Shown piece by piece: positions 40,079-51,303 of a DNA stretch of 64,000 nucleotides. The DNA is from Alphaproteobacteria bacterium (GTDB lineage: Bacteria; Pseudomonadota; Alphaproteobacteria; MPNO01). Positions within the stretch are counted from its first letter, which is position 1; each line of letters begins with the position of its first letter. The DNA lies in NCBI GenBank assembly GCA_964291675.2, contig OZ219866.1, positions 3,008,001 to 3,072,000 of the forward strand, written 5' to 3'. A program made the translations under genes and the position numbers. A model generated the notes under the pieces. The model had not been told where the DNA came from, did not search any database, and saw only the letters and a list, made by a program, of their open reading frames with translations.

Positions 40079-41528
40079 GGTCGTGTCCCCAGACGTGGTG
40101 TAGGAGCTCTGGCCTTGGTTTGTAGCTGTGGGTAAGCAGCGCGCCGCCGCGACCGCCGCGAGTCTGGCGGCGGCGGGCTGCTTATCCACAGCGGAGGCCA
40201 TCGCGGTTCCGGTTTAGGGTTGGGTCGTGCAACGCCAACCCGAACCTGAGGAGGAACCGCGATGACCGACGACATGATGGCCCTGCGCGGGCTTTTGGAG
40301 AAGAGTTCCGACGCCGATCTGCTGCGCGAGATGATCGGCTTCTCGGCCGAGCGTCTGATGGCGCTGGAGGTGGAAGGGCTGACCGGCGCCGCCCATGGCG
40401 AGCGCACGCCGGAGCGGATCACGCAGCGCAACGGCTACCGCGAGCGGGCCTGGGAGACCCGCGCCGGCACGGTGGCGCTGAGGATCCCGAAGCTCAGGAC
40501 GGGGAGCTACTTCCCCGGCTTCCTGGAACCGCGCCGGATGGCCGAGAAGGCACTCACGGCGGTGATCCAGGAGGCCTACATCCAGGGCGTGTCGACGCGC
40601 TCGGTCGACGACCTGGTGCAGGCGATGGGGATGTCGGGCATCTCCAAGAGCCAGGTGTCCAGGCTGTGCGCCGAGATCGACGACAAGATCGAGAGCTTCC
40701 TCGACCGGCCGCTGGAGGGCGAGTGGCCCTATCTGTGGCTGGATGCGACCTATATCAAGATGCGCGAGATCGGGCGCATCGTCCCGGTCGCGGTGACCGT
40801 CGCGGTGGCGGTCAACGACCAGGGCCGGCGCGAGGTGCTCGGCATGGCGATCGGCCACTCCGAGGCCGAGACCTTCTGGACCGCCTTCCTGCGCGCGCTG
40901 ACCGGCCGCGGGCTCAAGGGCGTCAAGCTGGTGATCTCCGACGACCACAAGGGGTTGAAGGCCGCCGCGACCCGCATCCTCGGCGCCACCTGGCAGCGCT
41001 GCCGCATCCACTTCATGCGCAACCTGCTGGCCCATGCCGGCCGTCAGGGAAGGCGCGTCGTGTCTGCCTTCGTCGCCACCGCCTTCGCCCAGGACGACGC
41101 CCAGGCCGCGAGCGCCCAGTGGCGCCTGGTCGCCGACCAGCTCAGGCCCAAGGCGCCCAAGCTCGCCACCCTCATGGACGACGCCGAGCACGACGTCCTC
41201 GCCTACATGACCTTCCCCAGGGAGCACCGAACCAAGCTCCACTCGACCAACCCCATCGAGCGGGTCCATGCCGAGATCAAGCGCCGAACCAACGTCGTCG
41301 GCATCTTCCCCAACGAAGACGCCGTCACCCGCCTGGTCGGCGCCATCCTGCTCGAGCAGAACGACGAGTGGGCCGTCGCAAGGAGATACATGACACTGGA
41401 ATCCATCGCTCAGACCAGCGACAATCTCACCGTCAAGCCGCCCGCCGTGGCAGCCTGACCCTACCGGCCCAACACGCCGGATACCGCGATCGGCGCCGGG
41501 CTCTTACACCACGTGGCGGGACACGATC
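40079..41528 (+). mobile_element. IS256-family insertion sequence
   Basis: Terminal IRs G(G/A)TCGTGTCCC..ACGTGGTGTA; 8-bp TSD CTTCTATG at 40071-40078 and 41529-41536. Confidence 0.92.
40262..41458 (+). CDS. IS256 (Mutator-type) transposase
   Basis: [26 protein letters not shown] and STNPIER. Confidence 0.95.
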   Translation: MTDDMMALRGLLEKSSDADLLREMIGFSAERLMALEVEGLTGAAHGERTPERITQRNGYRERAWETRAGTVALRIPKLRTGSYFPGFLEPRRMAEKALTAVIQEAYIQGVSTRSVDDLVQAMGMSGISKSQVSRLCAEIDDKIESFLDRPLEGEWPYLWLDATYIKMREIGRIVPVAVTVAVAVNDQGRREVLGMAIGHSEAETFWTAFLRALTGRGLKGVKLVISDDHKGLKAAATRILGATWQRCRIHFMRNLLAHAGRQGRRVVSAFVATAFAQDDAQAASAQWRLVADQLRPKAPKLATLMDDAEHDVLAYMTFPREHRTKLHSTNPIERVHAEIKRRTNVVGIFPNEDAVTRLVGAILLEQNDEWAVARRYMTLESIAQTSDNLTVKPPAVAA

Positions 41529-42447
41529 CTTCTATGTTTCCATCATTGCGTCCGGAATGGCTAGCGACACGTTTGGCCTCTGTCGTGATTTCTTCGTCCA
41601 GTGATGCAAAGGTCACACGGTTCATCCCGGGCAATCCTCTGCCTGTCGCCAATTGATGGACGGCGTGTGTTAGTCCGGAACCGACTAGCAAAGACAGGTG
41701 CTCCGACTGCACCAGAGCGGTTAGCCAGGGTTCGATTCGTCCACGCAAAACGTTGGATTCGAACTCTTGGCCTGCCTTCACCCAAGTACATGTGGAAGAG
41801 CCATCGAGTACGAACCTACGGTGTTCGCTAGAGTCCGTAGGCGAAGTCGCCAAGCTGACTGGCGCAGTGTCATCCCTACACTTTATTGTTTGCATATCCG
41901 ACACCTGTTCACGTCCGTTTCACCTCGTCCCAATGCAAGACTGGCCATGCGAATTGTATCAGCAAGGAGCGATCTATAGAAAAGGTGCGACATCCCAGTA
42001 TGCATCGGTAGCTGTAGTCAAGTTCTGCTTCAGTGCGACTACATGAAAAAGATGAGAGCATTGGTTCGGCTAGCTCTAAACTCGGTCCTCGCTGGATCGC
42101 GGAAGTTGAATTGCGTGCACCACGCACGTTACGGGCTGCTGGGCCACAGAAAATACCTCCCGCTGTACGTCGTTTCCCCAACCGTGATCTACATGGGCAG
42201 TCGGCTAACTTCCGCACTCCGCTTGCAGTTGATAGACCTTGCGCCCCTTGCGGGCGACGACCGGATACGGGAGTCGACAACGATCTGAAACCGCTCCGTT
42301 TCAAATGGTTGAACGTCAACGTATGTGGGAACCGGACACGGGGTGCGTCGGAGAAGAAGGCTAACCGATGCCGGGACGACGGCTGCAAGAGCGATGGGAC
42401 GTAGGCGCCTGTTCCGGTTCCCCACTCATGTGACGCGGCCCACATTC

Positions 42448-42897
42448 TCAGTCTCCTTCCTCCGCACGTCGGCGGCTCGACGCGATAGCGGACAGGATTA
42501 TCCCATCGAGCTCGGGCTCGTCCCATCTCCCGGCCTCGGCCAGCGCCCGGTCCATCATGCGGACGAAGTGCGGGTCGCCCGCTTTCGCCTGGAACGTGTA
42601 GAGGCGATTGACCACTTGGCGCATCAGACGACCCATCTCGTCGGTGCCGATGCGCGACACCTCCGGCCAGGGGAGCCTTCGACCGTCCGCGTCGATCACC
42701 ACGACATCGGTGAAATCGCCAGTACGGGTGACCGGCTCAATCCCCGCGTGAATGTCCTCGAGCATCGTGTTGCGAACGCACATCACCGCCATCGACTTCG
42801 AGATGCTGGCGGTCAATTGCCGCTCGTGCTCATCCACCGTCCACCTCCGTCCTCCGCGCTCGCCACCGACAAGTTTCCGCCTTGTGAGACGCGCCAT
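42448..42897 (-). CDS. Conserved hypothetical protein
   Basis: CVRNTMLEDIHAG...EMGRLMRQVVNRLYTF looks protein-like; start uncertain (possibly near 42837). Confidence 0.5.
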   Translation of the reverse strand: MARLTRRKLVGGERGGRRWTVDEHERQLTASISKSMAVMCVRNTMLEDIHAGIEPVTRTGDFTDVVVIDADGRRLPWPEVSRIGTDEMGRLMRQVVNRLYTFQAKAGDPHFVRMMDRALAEAGRWDEPELDGIILSAIASSRRRAEEGD

Positions 42898-43589
42898 CCG
42901 GTCGGATTTTCGGCCCGGCCCGGCTCACGGATCGCTTGTGACGACTCAACCTTATTCGCGGTTCCGCACCTCGTATAGATAAACCCGGCGCGCCCTTCAC
43001 GTCTGGAAATCACGCCGGCCCCCTTCGCCCGTTGTCGACATGGCGATCTCCATCGCCCGGACGCCGCCACGCGTCCCTCAGGCGACAGGAATCTGGCCAC
43101 CTTCATCCGCTGAGCCGCAAGGAGGCGGAGCCCGGCGGGGGCCGGTCGAGACGCGCCCGCCCGAGCGAGGCGTCTCGCCGCTCAACGTCATGAGCCGGCC
43201 GGTGTTCGACGAGGACGGCACCGCGACGCCGAGACGCCCGCCCGAAGGCCCGGTGCCGGGCGCCGCCAGCCAGAGGGCCGACACGCGCCCGATGCCCGCA
43301 AGCGCCCCGATGGTCCCGGCGAGGCCCGCGTTGGCATCCCCATCCTCGCCTGCCCCGGACAACGATCCGGGGGATACCGGACGCGCGGCCTCGAAGACGA
43401 GCGCCGCGAGGCGCGGACCCCGCCAGGTCTCGATGAGCGTCAGGCCGGTCGGCGCCGTCCTTCCGCCCGCATGGATTGCGTAGCCGGGCAGCACGTCCCG
43501 CCGGGCCACCGCGCGCACCAGCTTGACCAGCGCCGCCACATGCGGCTCGCCCGCGAGCGCCGGCATTGCCGGTCCGGAGCCCGCCGCGA

Positions 43590-44007
43590 TGCCGCCGTTG
43601 CGGATCGGCGCATGGACTCGTTCCATCCTCGACCGCGCGCTGGAACGCGCCGGCGAGACCGCGCGGCAAACCCTGCCCGGCTCGACCGCGCCCCTTCCGG
43701 CCGAACGGCATGCCGCAGGAATGGCGGGACCGCGTTCCGGCACGGCCGAAGTCCTGATCTTCAGCAGCCTGTCGGTGCTCCGGCACCGCGGCACGCCGCC
43801 CGGCACGACGATCACGGCGGGCACCCTCTCGATGCCCAACAGCCGGAACAGGCGCGGGTCGATGGCGACCCCCGCGTCATGGCCGCCGAGGCGCGCACCG
43901 ATCCGCTTCGCGGTCGCGGGCAGGCCGTCCTCCATGACGCCGCGCAGCACCAGCGGCGCACCGGCCCGGGCCGCCTCGCGCGCCCATTGCCGCCAGCTCG
44001 CGGCCGG
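43590..44007. pseudogene. trbC: F-type TrbC remnant with internal inversion
   Basis: + strand ...EVLIFSSLSV continues as PAASWRQWAREAA...VLRG...IDPRLFRLLGIERVPA on the - strand (44007-43780). Confidence 0.65.
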
Positions 44008-44299
44008 CGCCGCCTGCAAGGTCTTCGGCCCGCTGCTCCGCGCCTTCAGCCTCCGCCACGGCCTCGACGTGCTCGCCGTCTCGCTCACCGGCGAGGCGCT
44101 GGAGGGCTGGCCGGAGGCGGTGGCCGACCGGGGGCGCGCCGCCCGGCTCGGCCTCGGCGACGCTCCCGTCCCCGCCCTCGTGCTGTTCGACACGGCCACG
44201 AAGCGGATCGTCCCCGTCGGCTTCGGCGTCATGGCCGAGGACGAGATGGCCGAACGCATCTACGCCCTCACCGCACTGGAGCCGGGCAATGACTATTGA
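44008..44299 (+). pseudogene. traF: TraF C-terminal (thioredoxin-like) fragment
   Basis: ACKVFGPLLRAF..VLAVSLTG..VPALVLFD..PVGFGVMAEDEMAERI; directly upstream of traH. Confidence 0.65.
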
Positions 44300-45413
44300 T
44301 CTGAAGAAGGGCGCGGTCTGTGCCGCCCTGCTGCTGGCGCTGGCCGCGCCCGCCTCCGCCGACGTGCTCTCGGAGATCGCCGAGACCATGGCCAAGCTCC
44401 GGGCGCTGGCGCAGTGGGTCAACAGCCAGAACCTCAACTCCTGCGAGACCGCCCAGGCGCTGGTCGGCGCGGCGTGGTCGAAGAACGACCGGGCGAGCGC
44501 GTCGATCTGCGCCGCCATCGGGACTTCCCAGGGTATCTTCTCGGACTATGCTGCCGCCAAGCACGGCTGCGGCGCCGACGGCAAGCGCCACTCGACGCTC
44601 GCCGCCGCCTCGGGGCCGATGGCCGACCAGGTGCCGGTCAACGTCAACTACGCCTGGAAGGCGGTCCGGGCGTCCTCCTTCCTCGCCGGCGACACCCAGC
44701 TTGCCGAGTTCGCCATGGCGGTCACCGGCACGGTGATCGTCACCGCGCCCACCTCGGACGGCGATACCTCCGGCCCCCGCGTGCGGATTCTCGAACCGCT
44801 GGCGCTCGACCGCCGCGTCACCGAGACGCTGATGGAGGGCGGCGGGGCGCTCCCGGTCTACCGCTGCGACGAGAGCACGCGCTGCCTCAACCCGGCGCTG
44901 GGCACGGCGACGGTGCCGCCCAACCGGGGCTTCCGGGCGCGGGTGGCGGCGCTGCTGCGCGACATGGTCGACGCGGTGCGCACCGACACCGCCGTGCCCG
45001 CCCCCGCGCTCGGGCTGGTGAACCTCACCACGCTGCCGGTCTACCGGGTCGCCAACGCGGCGGCGGCCTACCGGGGCGCCGTCATCGACCAGGAGATGGA
45101 CGCGCTGGCCGAGGCCGTGGCGCTCGACGTGATGCAGGTGTGGCTCACGGACCTGCACCGCACGGTCGAGGAGCGCGCCGGGACGCTCGACATCGCCGAC
45201 GGCGAGCAATTGCGGCGCTGGCGCGAGGGCCTGCGCGCCAACCGCGTCGCGCTCGCCCGGCACCGGAACGAGGGGCTGGCGCGCTTCAACACGGCGTTGG
45301 CGGTGGTCGAGAAGCTGCGGCTGATCGAGACCGAGCTCGCGGGCGCGCTCTCGGCCGATCTGCGCGCGGCATTGGCCTTCGCGCGCGGCGGCGCCGGGGC
45401 GGGGTCGCGGTAG
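44289..45413 (+). CDS. traH: TraH-like conjugal pilus assembly protein (probably internally deleted)
   Basis: Signal peptide joined directly to NSQNLNSCETAQALVG; VYRCDE..CLNP. Confidence 0.65.
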   Translation: MTIDLKKGAVCAALLLALAAPASADVLSEIAETMAKLRALAQWVNSQNLNSCETAQALVGAAWSKNDRASASICAAIGTSQGIFSDYAAAKHGCGADGKRHSTLAAASGPMADQVPVNVNYAWKAVRASSFLAGDTQLAEFAMAVTGTVIVTAPTSDGDTSGPRVRILEPLALDRRVTETLMEGGGALPVYRCDESTRCLNPALGTATVPPNRGFRARVAALLRDMVDAVRTDTAVPAPALGLVNLTTLPVYRVANAAAAYRGAVIDQEMDALAEAVALDVMQVWLTDLHRTVEERAGTLDIADGEQLRRWREGLRANRVALARHRNEGLARFNTALAVVEKLRLIETELAGALSADLRAALAFARGGAGAGSR

Positions 45414-46636
45414 ACCGTCCGGCCCTCGCCAACGAGGCCGGCAACTACAACGTCGCCGTCACGGGCAAGTCGGGCTCGGGCAAGTCGGTGCTGATGCAGG
45501 AGCTGGTCACCGGGCTGATCGGCGCCGGCGGCGAGGCCGTGGTGATCGACGACGGGCGGTCCTTTCAGCACACCGCCGAAGCCCTGGAGGGCGCGTTCAT
45601 CGCCTTCGGCAAGGACCCGGCCTGCCTCAACCCCTTCGCCATGATCGACGCCGGAACCGCCAATCACGACGGCGACTACCGCGAGGAGTGTTTCGCCATG
45701 CTGGCCGGCGTCATCGGGCGCATGGCCCGGCGCCGGGGCTCGATCGACGACATCGAGGCGGCGCTGATCGCCGAGGCGATCGCGGCGGCCTGGGACGAGG
45801 CCGGCAACGACGCCGATCTCGGCACGGTCAGGAAGAACCTCGAAGCAAGGGACGACCGCCGCGCCGCCGACATGGCGACCTCCCTCGGCCCCTGGTGCCC
45901 GGGCGGCGCGATGGGGAGGCTGTTCGCAGAAAGCAACGTCCCCGATCTGGAGAACGCGCTCACGGTGTTCGAGCTCGCCGAGCTCAAGGGCCGGGGCGAC
46001 GTCCAGGCGGTGGTGCTGATGCTGGTGGTCTTCCTCGCCACCCAGCGCATGTATCACGGGCCGCGCACGCGGGCGAAGGCCATCGTCATCGACGAGGCCT
46101 GGGACCTGCTCTCCGGCGAGGACAGCAAGGCGTTCCTCGAGGGCGCCGCGCGGCGCGCCCGCAAGTACCGCGGCGCGCTGATTACCGGCACCCAGTCGGT
46201 CAACGACTATTACGCCAACCCCGCCGCAAGGGCGGCCTGGGAGAACTCGGACTGGACGATCTTCCTCGCCCAGAAGGACGAGTCGGTCGAGCTGCTGAAG
46301 TCCGAGAAGCGCATCCACTGCGATCCCGGCATGGAGCGCGCGCTGAAATCTCTCACCACCGCGGACGGCCGCTATGCCGAGCTGGTGCTGCACGGCCCGG
46401 ACGGCTGGCGCGTCGCGCGCCTGGTGCTCGACGCCTGGTCGGTGGCGCTGTTCTCGTCGCGCGGCCCGGCATTCGCGGCGGTGGAAAACCTGAAGGCGCA
46501 GGGGCTGAGCACTGTCGAGGCCATCGACCGGATTGCCGGGGGCGCGCGCCCCGCAGGGGTCGTTCGCCCCGGGGACGCGGCCGGTCCTGCCTCTGCCGGA
46601 CATTCCGAAACGACCGACACGGGAGAGCGCCCATGA
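45414..46636 (+). pseudogene. traC: TraC/VirB4 C-terminal ATPase fragment
   Basis: NYNVAVTGKSGSGKS, VIDDGRS, IDEAWDLL and RRARKYRG; N-terminal half and start codon absent. Confidence 0.8.
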
Positions 46637-47265
46637 CATCCAAACGAAACCCCGGAAGAGAGCAAGGCGCCCTTCGCTGGCCGGACGACCCGGAGACGGT
46701 GACGGCCGCCGACATCGACTTCACCGCGCTCGCCCATGTGCTGGCTAATACCTGCCGCCGGGGCGGGTGCATGCGCGGCTACCACTCGGTCGCGGCGCAC
46801 GCGGTCATCGTCTCGGAAGAGATCGAGGCGCTCGATGGGCTCGGCGACGAGGACCGGCGGCGGCTGGCCCTGCACGCGCTGGTCGCCAGCGCGCCGTCCG
46901 CCTGGCTCCGGGGGCACCTGCCGGACTCGCAGCGCGCCGCCGAGCGGGCCGGCAAGCTCGCAACGGCGATCGAGACGGCGGTACGAGAGGCGGCGGGGCT
47001 GGATGCCGTGCTCGACGAGGAACACGCGGAACTGCTCCGTTTCGTGACCCGCATGGCGGCGGCGGCCGAGAGGCGCGACCTGCTCGATGGAAGCCTGTCC
47101 GCCGGCGCCGGCGTCGCCTTCCCGCCGCTCAAGCGGCGCCTCCGCCCGGTGGCGCCCGACAAGGCCGCCGAGGCCTGGCTCGCCCGGTTCCGCGCGCTTG
47201 CGGGCGACCGGGCAGCGTTGCGGCGGGCAGGCGGCGAGGGAGCGGACGATGCGCCCGCGTCCTGA
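46633..47265 (+). CDS. Degenerate HD-phosphohydrolase-like protein
   Basis: LAHVLANTCRRGG..HSVAAH; ALH is followed by A rather than the HD aspartate. Confidence 0.55.
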   Translation: MTSKRNPGREQGALRWPDDPETVTAADIDFTALAHVLANTCRRGGCMRGYHSVAAHAVIVSEEIEALDGLGDEDRRRLALHALVASAPSAWLRGHLPDSQRAAERAGKLATAIETAVREAAGLDAVLDEEHAELLRFVTRMAAAAERRDLLDGSLSAGAGVAFPPLKRRLRPVAPDKAAEAWLARFRALAGDRAALRRAGGEGADDAPAS

Positions 47266-47491
47266 CCGGCGCCGGCCCGCGGCGAACGGCATCGCCGTGG
47301 AGCGGGACGCGGAGACGGTGTTCCGCGCCGCCATCCTGGCGGGCGTTCTGTCGGCCGAACCGGGCGCGCGCAACTGGGCGGGCCACTACCTCTACATGTT
47401 CCACGACGAGGACGGCACCGCCTGGTTCAAGCACCGGGACACCCGCGCCCATGTGAGGATGACCGCGCGGCGGGCGGGGAACGCGGCATGA
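47249..47491 (+). CDS. Hypothetical protein
   Basis: YLYMFHDEDG..FKHRDTR; coupled to both neighbours. Confidence 0.5.
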   Translation: MRPRPDRRRPAANGIAVERDAETVFRAAILAGVLSAEPGARNWAGHYLYMFHDEDGTAWFKHRDTRAHVRMTARRAGNAA

Positions 47492-47865
47492 GCGAGCTTC
47501 GCCTGCTGGCCTGCGCCGTGCTGCTCTCGGGCGGCGTGGCGGCGGCGGTGGCCGCGGCGACGGTGCGGCTTGCCGCGCCCGAGGCGCCGCGCATCGCGTC
47601 GGTCCGTCTCGGGGAGATGACCGCGGCCTGGACGACGCGCGCCGCGGCGGATGGCCGGACCGCCGAGGACGCGCGCGCCTGGGGCGGGGCGCTGGAGGCC
47701 GCGCTCGGCCGGGTGGCTGAAACGCATCGCGTCGTTCTCCTCCCGGCCCGGGCGGTCGCCGCCGGGGCGCCGGACCTGACGCACGAGGTCGAGGCGGCGC
47801 TCGCGGCGGTGCTCGCGCGCGGCCGGACGGACGGCGGCGTGCCGGTCCCGGGAGGCGGGGAATGA
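47488..47865 (+). CDS. trbI: F-type TrbI-like protein
   Basis: N-terminal TM segment and VVLLPARAVAAGAPDLT motif; position after traC. Confidence 0.65.
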   Translation: MSELRLLACAVLLSGGVAAAVAAATVRLAAPEAPRIASVRLGEMTAAWTTRAAADGRTAEDARAWGGALEAALGRVAETHRVVLLPARAVAAGAPDLTHEVEAALAAVLARGRTDGGVPVPGGGE

Positions 47866-48125
47866 CCGCGCGGCGCCGGAAGATCGGCCTCGCGGTCATG
47901 ATCGCGCTGGCGGCGCTGTGGCTGGGCGCGGCCTCGCGCGTCCACGTCAATGCGAGCTGGTCGGACGAAGCCTGGGGCTACGCCGCCTTCCCGCTGTTCG
48001 GCGAAGAGCCGGCGGTCGGCGACCGGGTGCTGTTCGAGCCGCCCGATGCGGTCGAATCCCCGGTGCCGTATCTCAAGACGGTGCGCGGCGTGCCGGGGAT
48101 GCGCGTGACGGTCGGAGAGCCGGAC
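47862..48125 (+). pseudogene. S26 signal peptidase (TrhF-like) N-terminal fragment
   Basis: VNASWS...YLKTVRGVPGMRV, then homology ends at the junction with the convergent FN3 gene. Confidence 0.6.
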
Positions 48126-48129
48126 CGAG

Positions 48130-49490
48130 GTGCCGGCGGACCAGCCCGGATCGGAACTACCGATAATTGCAGCACCCCCAATCGAATACTCTGTCGTGCC
48201 GACGCAGAACTTCAGGGCACGAAGTGCAGTATTTGCTGGAATAGGAGTAAACGCGGCTTGCAGCGGGTTGCTCGCAGGGGGATTGAAGTCAGCCACGACA
48301 GTGAAACTATAAGTCGTGCCGCCGACCGTGAACTCGTTGTCAGATAACAGTGAGTTGCATTGAGCTTGAGTTACGCAGCCAACGCCTCCGCTGCCTGAGG
48401 TAAACGCCTGCGGCGTCAGCGTCGCGCACCAGATTTCGCCGGTCGCCAGGGTGCAGGCGGCGGCCGGCATGCCCGTGTCGACGACCCAGTCGCTGTTGCC
48501 GTTGGCGTTCACCGCGCGCACCCGCACCCGGTAGGGCGTGCCGTTGGTCAGGCTCGAAATCCGATGCGAGGCCGCCGTGCCGCTGTGGCTGGCGTCCACC
48601 CAGCCCGCGGATGCCGCGCCCGTGGTCACCGCCGCGTCGTTGGCGACCGTGCCCGAGTCCGCCGAGGTGTAGTGCACGTCGTAGCCCGTCACCGTCCCCG
48701 ACGGCGCCGTCCACGACAGGTCCAGCTTCGTGTCGCCCGCCGAGACGTTCAGCCCCGTCGGCGCGGCGGGCGGGTCGGAGGATCCGGACTGCGCCGCCGA
48801 GCCGTTGACGCGGATTCTGTAGGACTCGCCCGACAACAAGGTCCTGGCGGGGTTGCCATAGTAGCTGCTGTTCCCGACGCTCCAGCCTGTGGCGGCTCCC
48901 GAATCCTCATTGCCCGAAGTCGTCGTCACCAGACTCAGACTCGAGCCTGCGCTAAAGAAGGGAAAGTACAGGAAATACGTGGTGTCCGCGGCAAGCGTGG
49001 TGCCCGAAGGCGCCGCGAACGCGACGTTGACGGTGCCGGCGGCGCTGCCGAGGGTCGACGGGACCGTCAGGTCCGCGATTTTCTCGTTCGGCTTCCCGAT
49101 GTTCGTTCCACTGTCGAAAGCGGACCAGAGCTGCGCCTTCACGTTATTGCGCTGTCCGGTGGTCAGGGCGGTGTATGTCCGAATCCTCGCCTCGATGCTC
49201 TCGAGGGTATAACCGTCGGCGTTGCTTCCGGTCGTGAAGCCCTGCGCGCGCGCGATAGTGAATCGCCAGTTGGAATCTAGGCCCGCCGTCTGCCCGATGT
49301 TGCTCACCAGCACGTCGGCGGCGGCCGGCGCGGCGGCGAAGGGGGAGAGCGCGCCGAGCAGCAGCGCGAGGGCGGGGAGGAGTAGGGAGAGGCGGGCGCA
49401 GCGGCGCCCGGGACGCGGGTCAGGCCTGCGCGGAGACTCTGACGGGGAAGCCGGCTTGCGCGCGCCGGCCGGGCGCCGGGCGCAGGTCAT
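48130..49490 (-). pseudogene. Secreted fibronectin type III-domain surface protein, 3'-truncated
   Basis: Signal peptide ...AAPAAA-DVLVSNIGQ; FN3 motifs PAAPTGL..LSWTAP..GYDVHY..LTNGTPYRVRVRAVN; the frame runs on into antisense tra sequence. Confidence 0.65.
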
Positions 49491-49725
49491 GCCGCTGGGC
49501 CGCTGGGCCGCTGGGCCGCTGGGCCGCTGGGCCGCTGGGCCGCTGGGCCGCTGGGCCGCTGGGCCGCTGGGCCGCTGGGCCGCTGGGCCGCTGGGCCGCT
49601 GGGCCGCTGGGCCGCTGGGCCGCTGGGCCGCTGGGCCGCTGGGCCGCTGGGCCGCTGGGCCGCTGGGCCGCTGGGCCGCTGGGCCGCTGGGCCGCTGGGC
49701 CGCTGGGCCGCTGGGCCGCTGGGCC
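49491..49725. repeat. 9-bp tandem repeat (GCCGCTGGG) x ~26
   Basis: Perfect array read directly from the sequence. Confidence 0.95.
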
Positions 49726-49727
49726 AT

Positions 49728-49785
49728 TATACCCGCCCGAGGCGGGGGCCGGTGTCTATACCCGCCCGAGGCGGGGGCCGGTGTC
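49728..49785. repeat. 29-bp tandem duplication with promoter-like boxes
   Basis: TATACCCGCCCGAGGCGGGGGCCGGTGTC x2; minus strand shows TTGACA and TATAAT, but at non-canonical 21-bp spacing. Confidence 0.7.
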
Positions 49786-50140
49786 AAGCCCCGGGCCGCA
49801 TCCTCGCGGCTCTCGTCGATGGTCCCGCCTTCACGCGCAACCGCGAACACGGCGGCGCGCGCCCGCGCCACATCGGGCCTCTCAAGCCGCATCGATTAGC
49901 TCCATACTCAGTAAACGCCGATCGGACGGGCAGCCATGCCCGCAAGGCTTTCTATCACAACGACCGCGTGGTAATTGTACGGTTATCGAGGAATTTCATT
50001 TGGATTTCGTTGATGTCGGAAAAAAATTATCTGCCGCATCCGCCGCCCGGGCCGGCGGCCCGGTGCGGGCGCCGCCGGGCATCGCGGCCTGCGGCTTGCC
50101 TGGCCCGCCCGCGCCGTCGTCCGCCACCGGGGAGAAACGC

Positions 50141-50685
50141 GTGAAGAGCCGCGAAGAACTCGAACGCGCGAACGAAGAGCTCGAACGCGGGAACGAGGTT
50201 CTGGAGGAGCGCATCTCGATGCTGAGCGCGGCCGTGCTGCGCCTCGGATCGAGCCTCGACCTCGCCACCGTGCTGCAGGAGGCCGCCGACAGCGCCCGCG
50301 CGCTCTGGTCAAGCCCTTCTCGGCGACCGAGCTGACGGCGCGCATCCAGGCGGCCTTGCGCAAGCACGCCGGCCCGGAGACCTTCGTCCTCGGCGACCTC
50401 GCCGTCCACTACGACGAACGGCGGGTCACGGTGGGCGGCCGCCCGGTGCCGCTCACCGCCACCGAGTTCGACCTCCTGCGCCTGCTGACGCTGAACGCGG
50501 GCCGGGTCTCGACCTACGAATCGCTGATCCGGCAGCTCTGGAACGGGCCGGACGCCGCCGAGCCGGCCCGGGTGCGCACCTTCGTCAAGCAGATGCGGGA
50601 CAAGCTCGGCGATGACCCGAAACGGCCGGCCTGGATCCTCAACGTGCGCGGCGTCGGCTACCGCGTGCCGAAGCCGGACGAGTAG
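50141..50685 (+). pseudogene. Hybrid sensor/response regulator remnant (N-terminal coiled coil + OmpR-type winged helix)
   Basis: SSLDLATVLQEAADSARAL joined out of frame to KPFSATELTARIQAALR...LTATEFDLL...NVRGVGYR. Confidence 0.7.
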
Positions 50686-51303
50686 CGCGGGTCCGGCGAG
50701 GCCGGACATGCAGTGCCGGAGGGAACGCGCCATTGAAAGCAGCGCGCACCACGAACCGGGCGCAATCCTCAGACCGGGGAGCCCGTCGCCATCGCGGCGT
50801 CGAGGGCGCCGTCGTTCAAGCCCGCGAAGGCGCTGCGCGACGCGGTCAACGGCTAACAGGGCGGAACGGGTTCGGCGCCCCGCACGTCATCCCGCCAGCG
50901 TAGCCGCAGCCGTGCACACGAGCGTCGGGTCGTGCTCCGTGAGTTCCGCAACATTTGGGGCAGGGAGGAGTTGGGGGGAAACGTTGAAATTCGCCAGACG
51001 CGCGAACGCCTGCGCAGACCAGCGGCCGACATCGGCTCCCTCGCGCGCGGGAATCCTTATATGGCGAGCCGCAGGATTGCTCCGACGACTGCGCTGCGGG
51101 CCAGTGCGCGCGGCTGATGCACCACCTGGAACCCTGCCGCTTACGGTGCCGGACAGCTCACCGCTCACGGATCCGGGGATCAACAGCCATCACGGATATC
51201 GGGGCCAAGCGCATCTGGTGCCCACGGCCTTGGGGAGTGCTTACCAGTGGCCCTTGCTCTGTGAGTGGCGTAGCGACCAAATCGACAAACTGAGGAACCT
51301 GGA

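Larger units (their letters stand above)
39037..41904 (-). pseudogene. SIR2-family NADase interrupted by IS256
   Basis: N-terminal part (LSLLVGSGL...NDGNIE, 41529-41904) joins in frame to the C-terminal part (DQIRVANEL...FTTNYD...KLHGS...GYSFGDEHIN) once the IS and one TSD are removed. Confidence 0.88.

Noticed and set aside
39037-40431. 464-aa ORF as an intact SIR2 gene
   Set aside because: Its N-terminal ~118 codons are antisense IS256 sequence; the true N-terminus is at 41529-41904.
49491-49725. CRISPR-like repeat
   Set aside because: Spacerless 9-bp microsatellite.
50700-51300. Possible genes between the response-regulator remnant and the NDT-like gene
   Set aside because: No recognisable motifs or consistent start signals.
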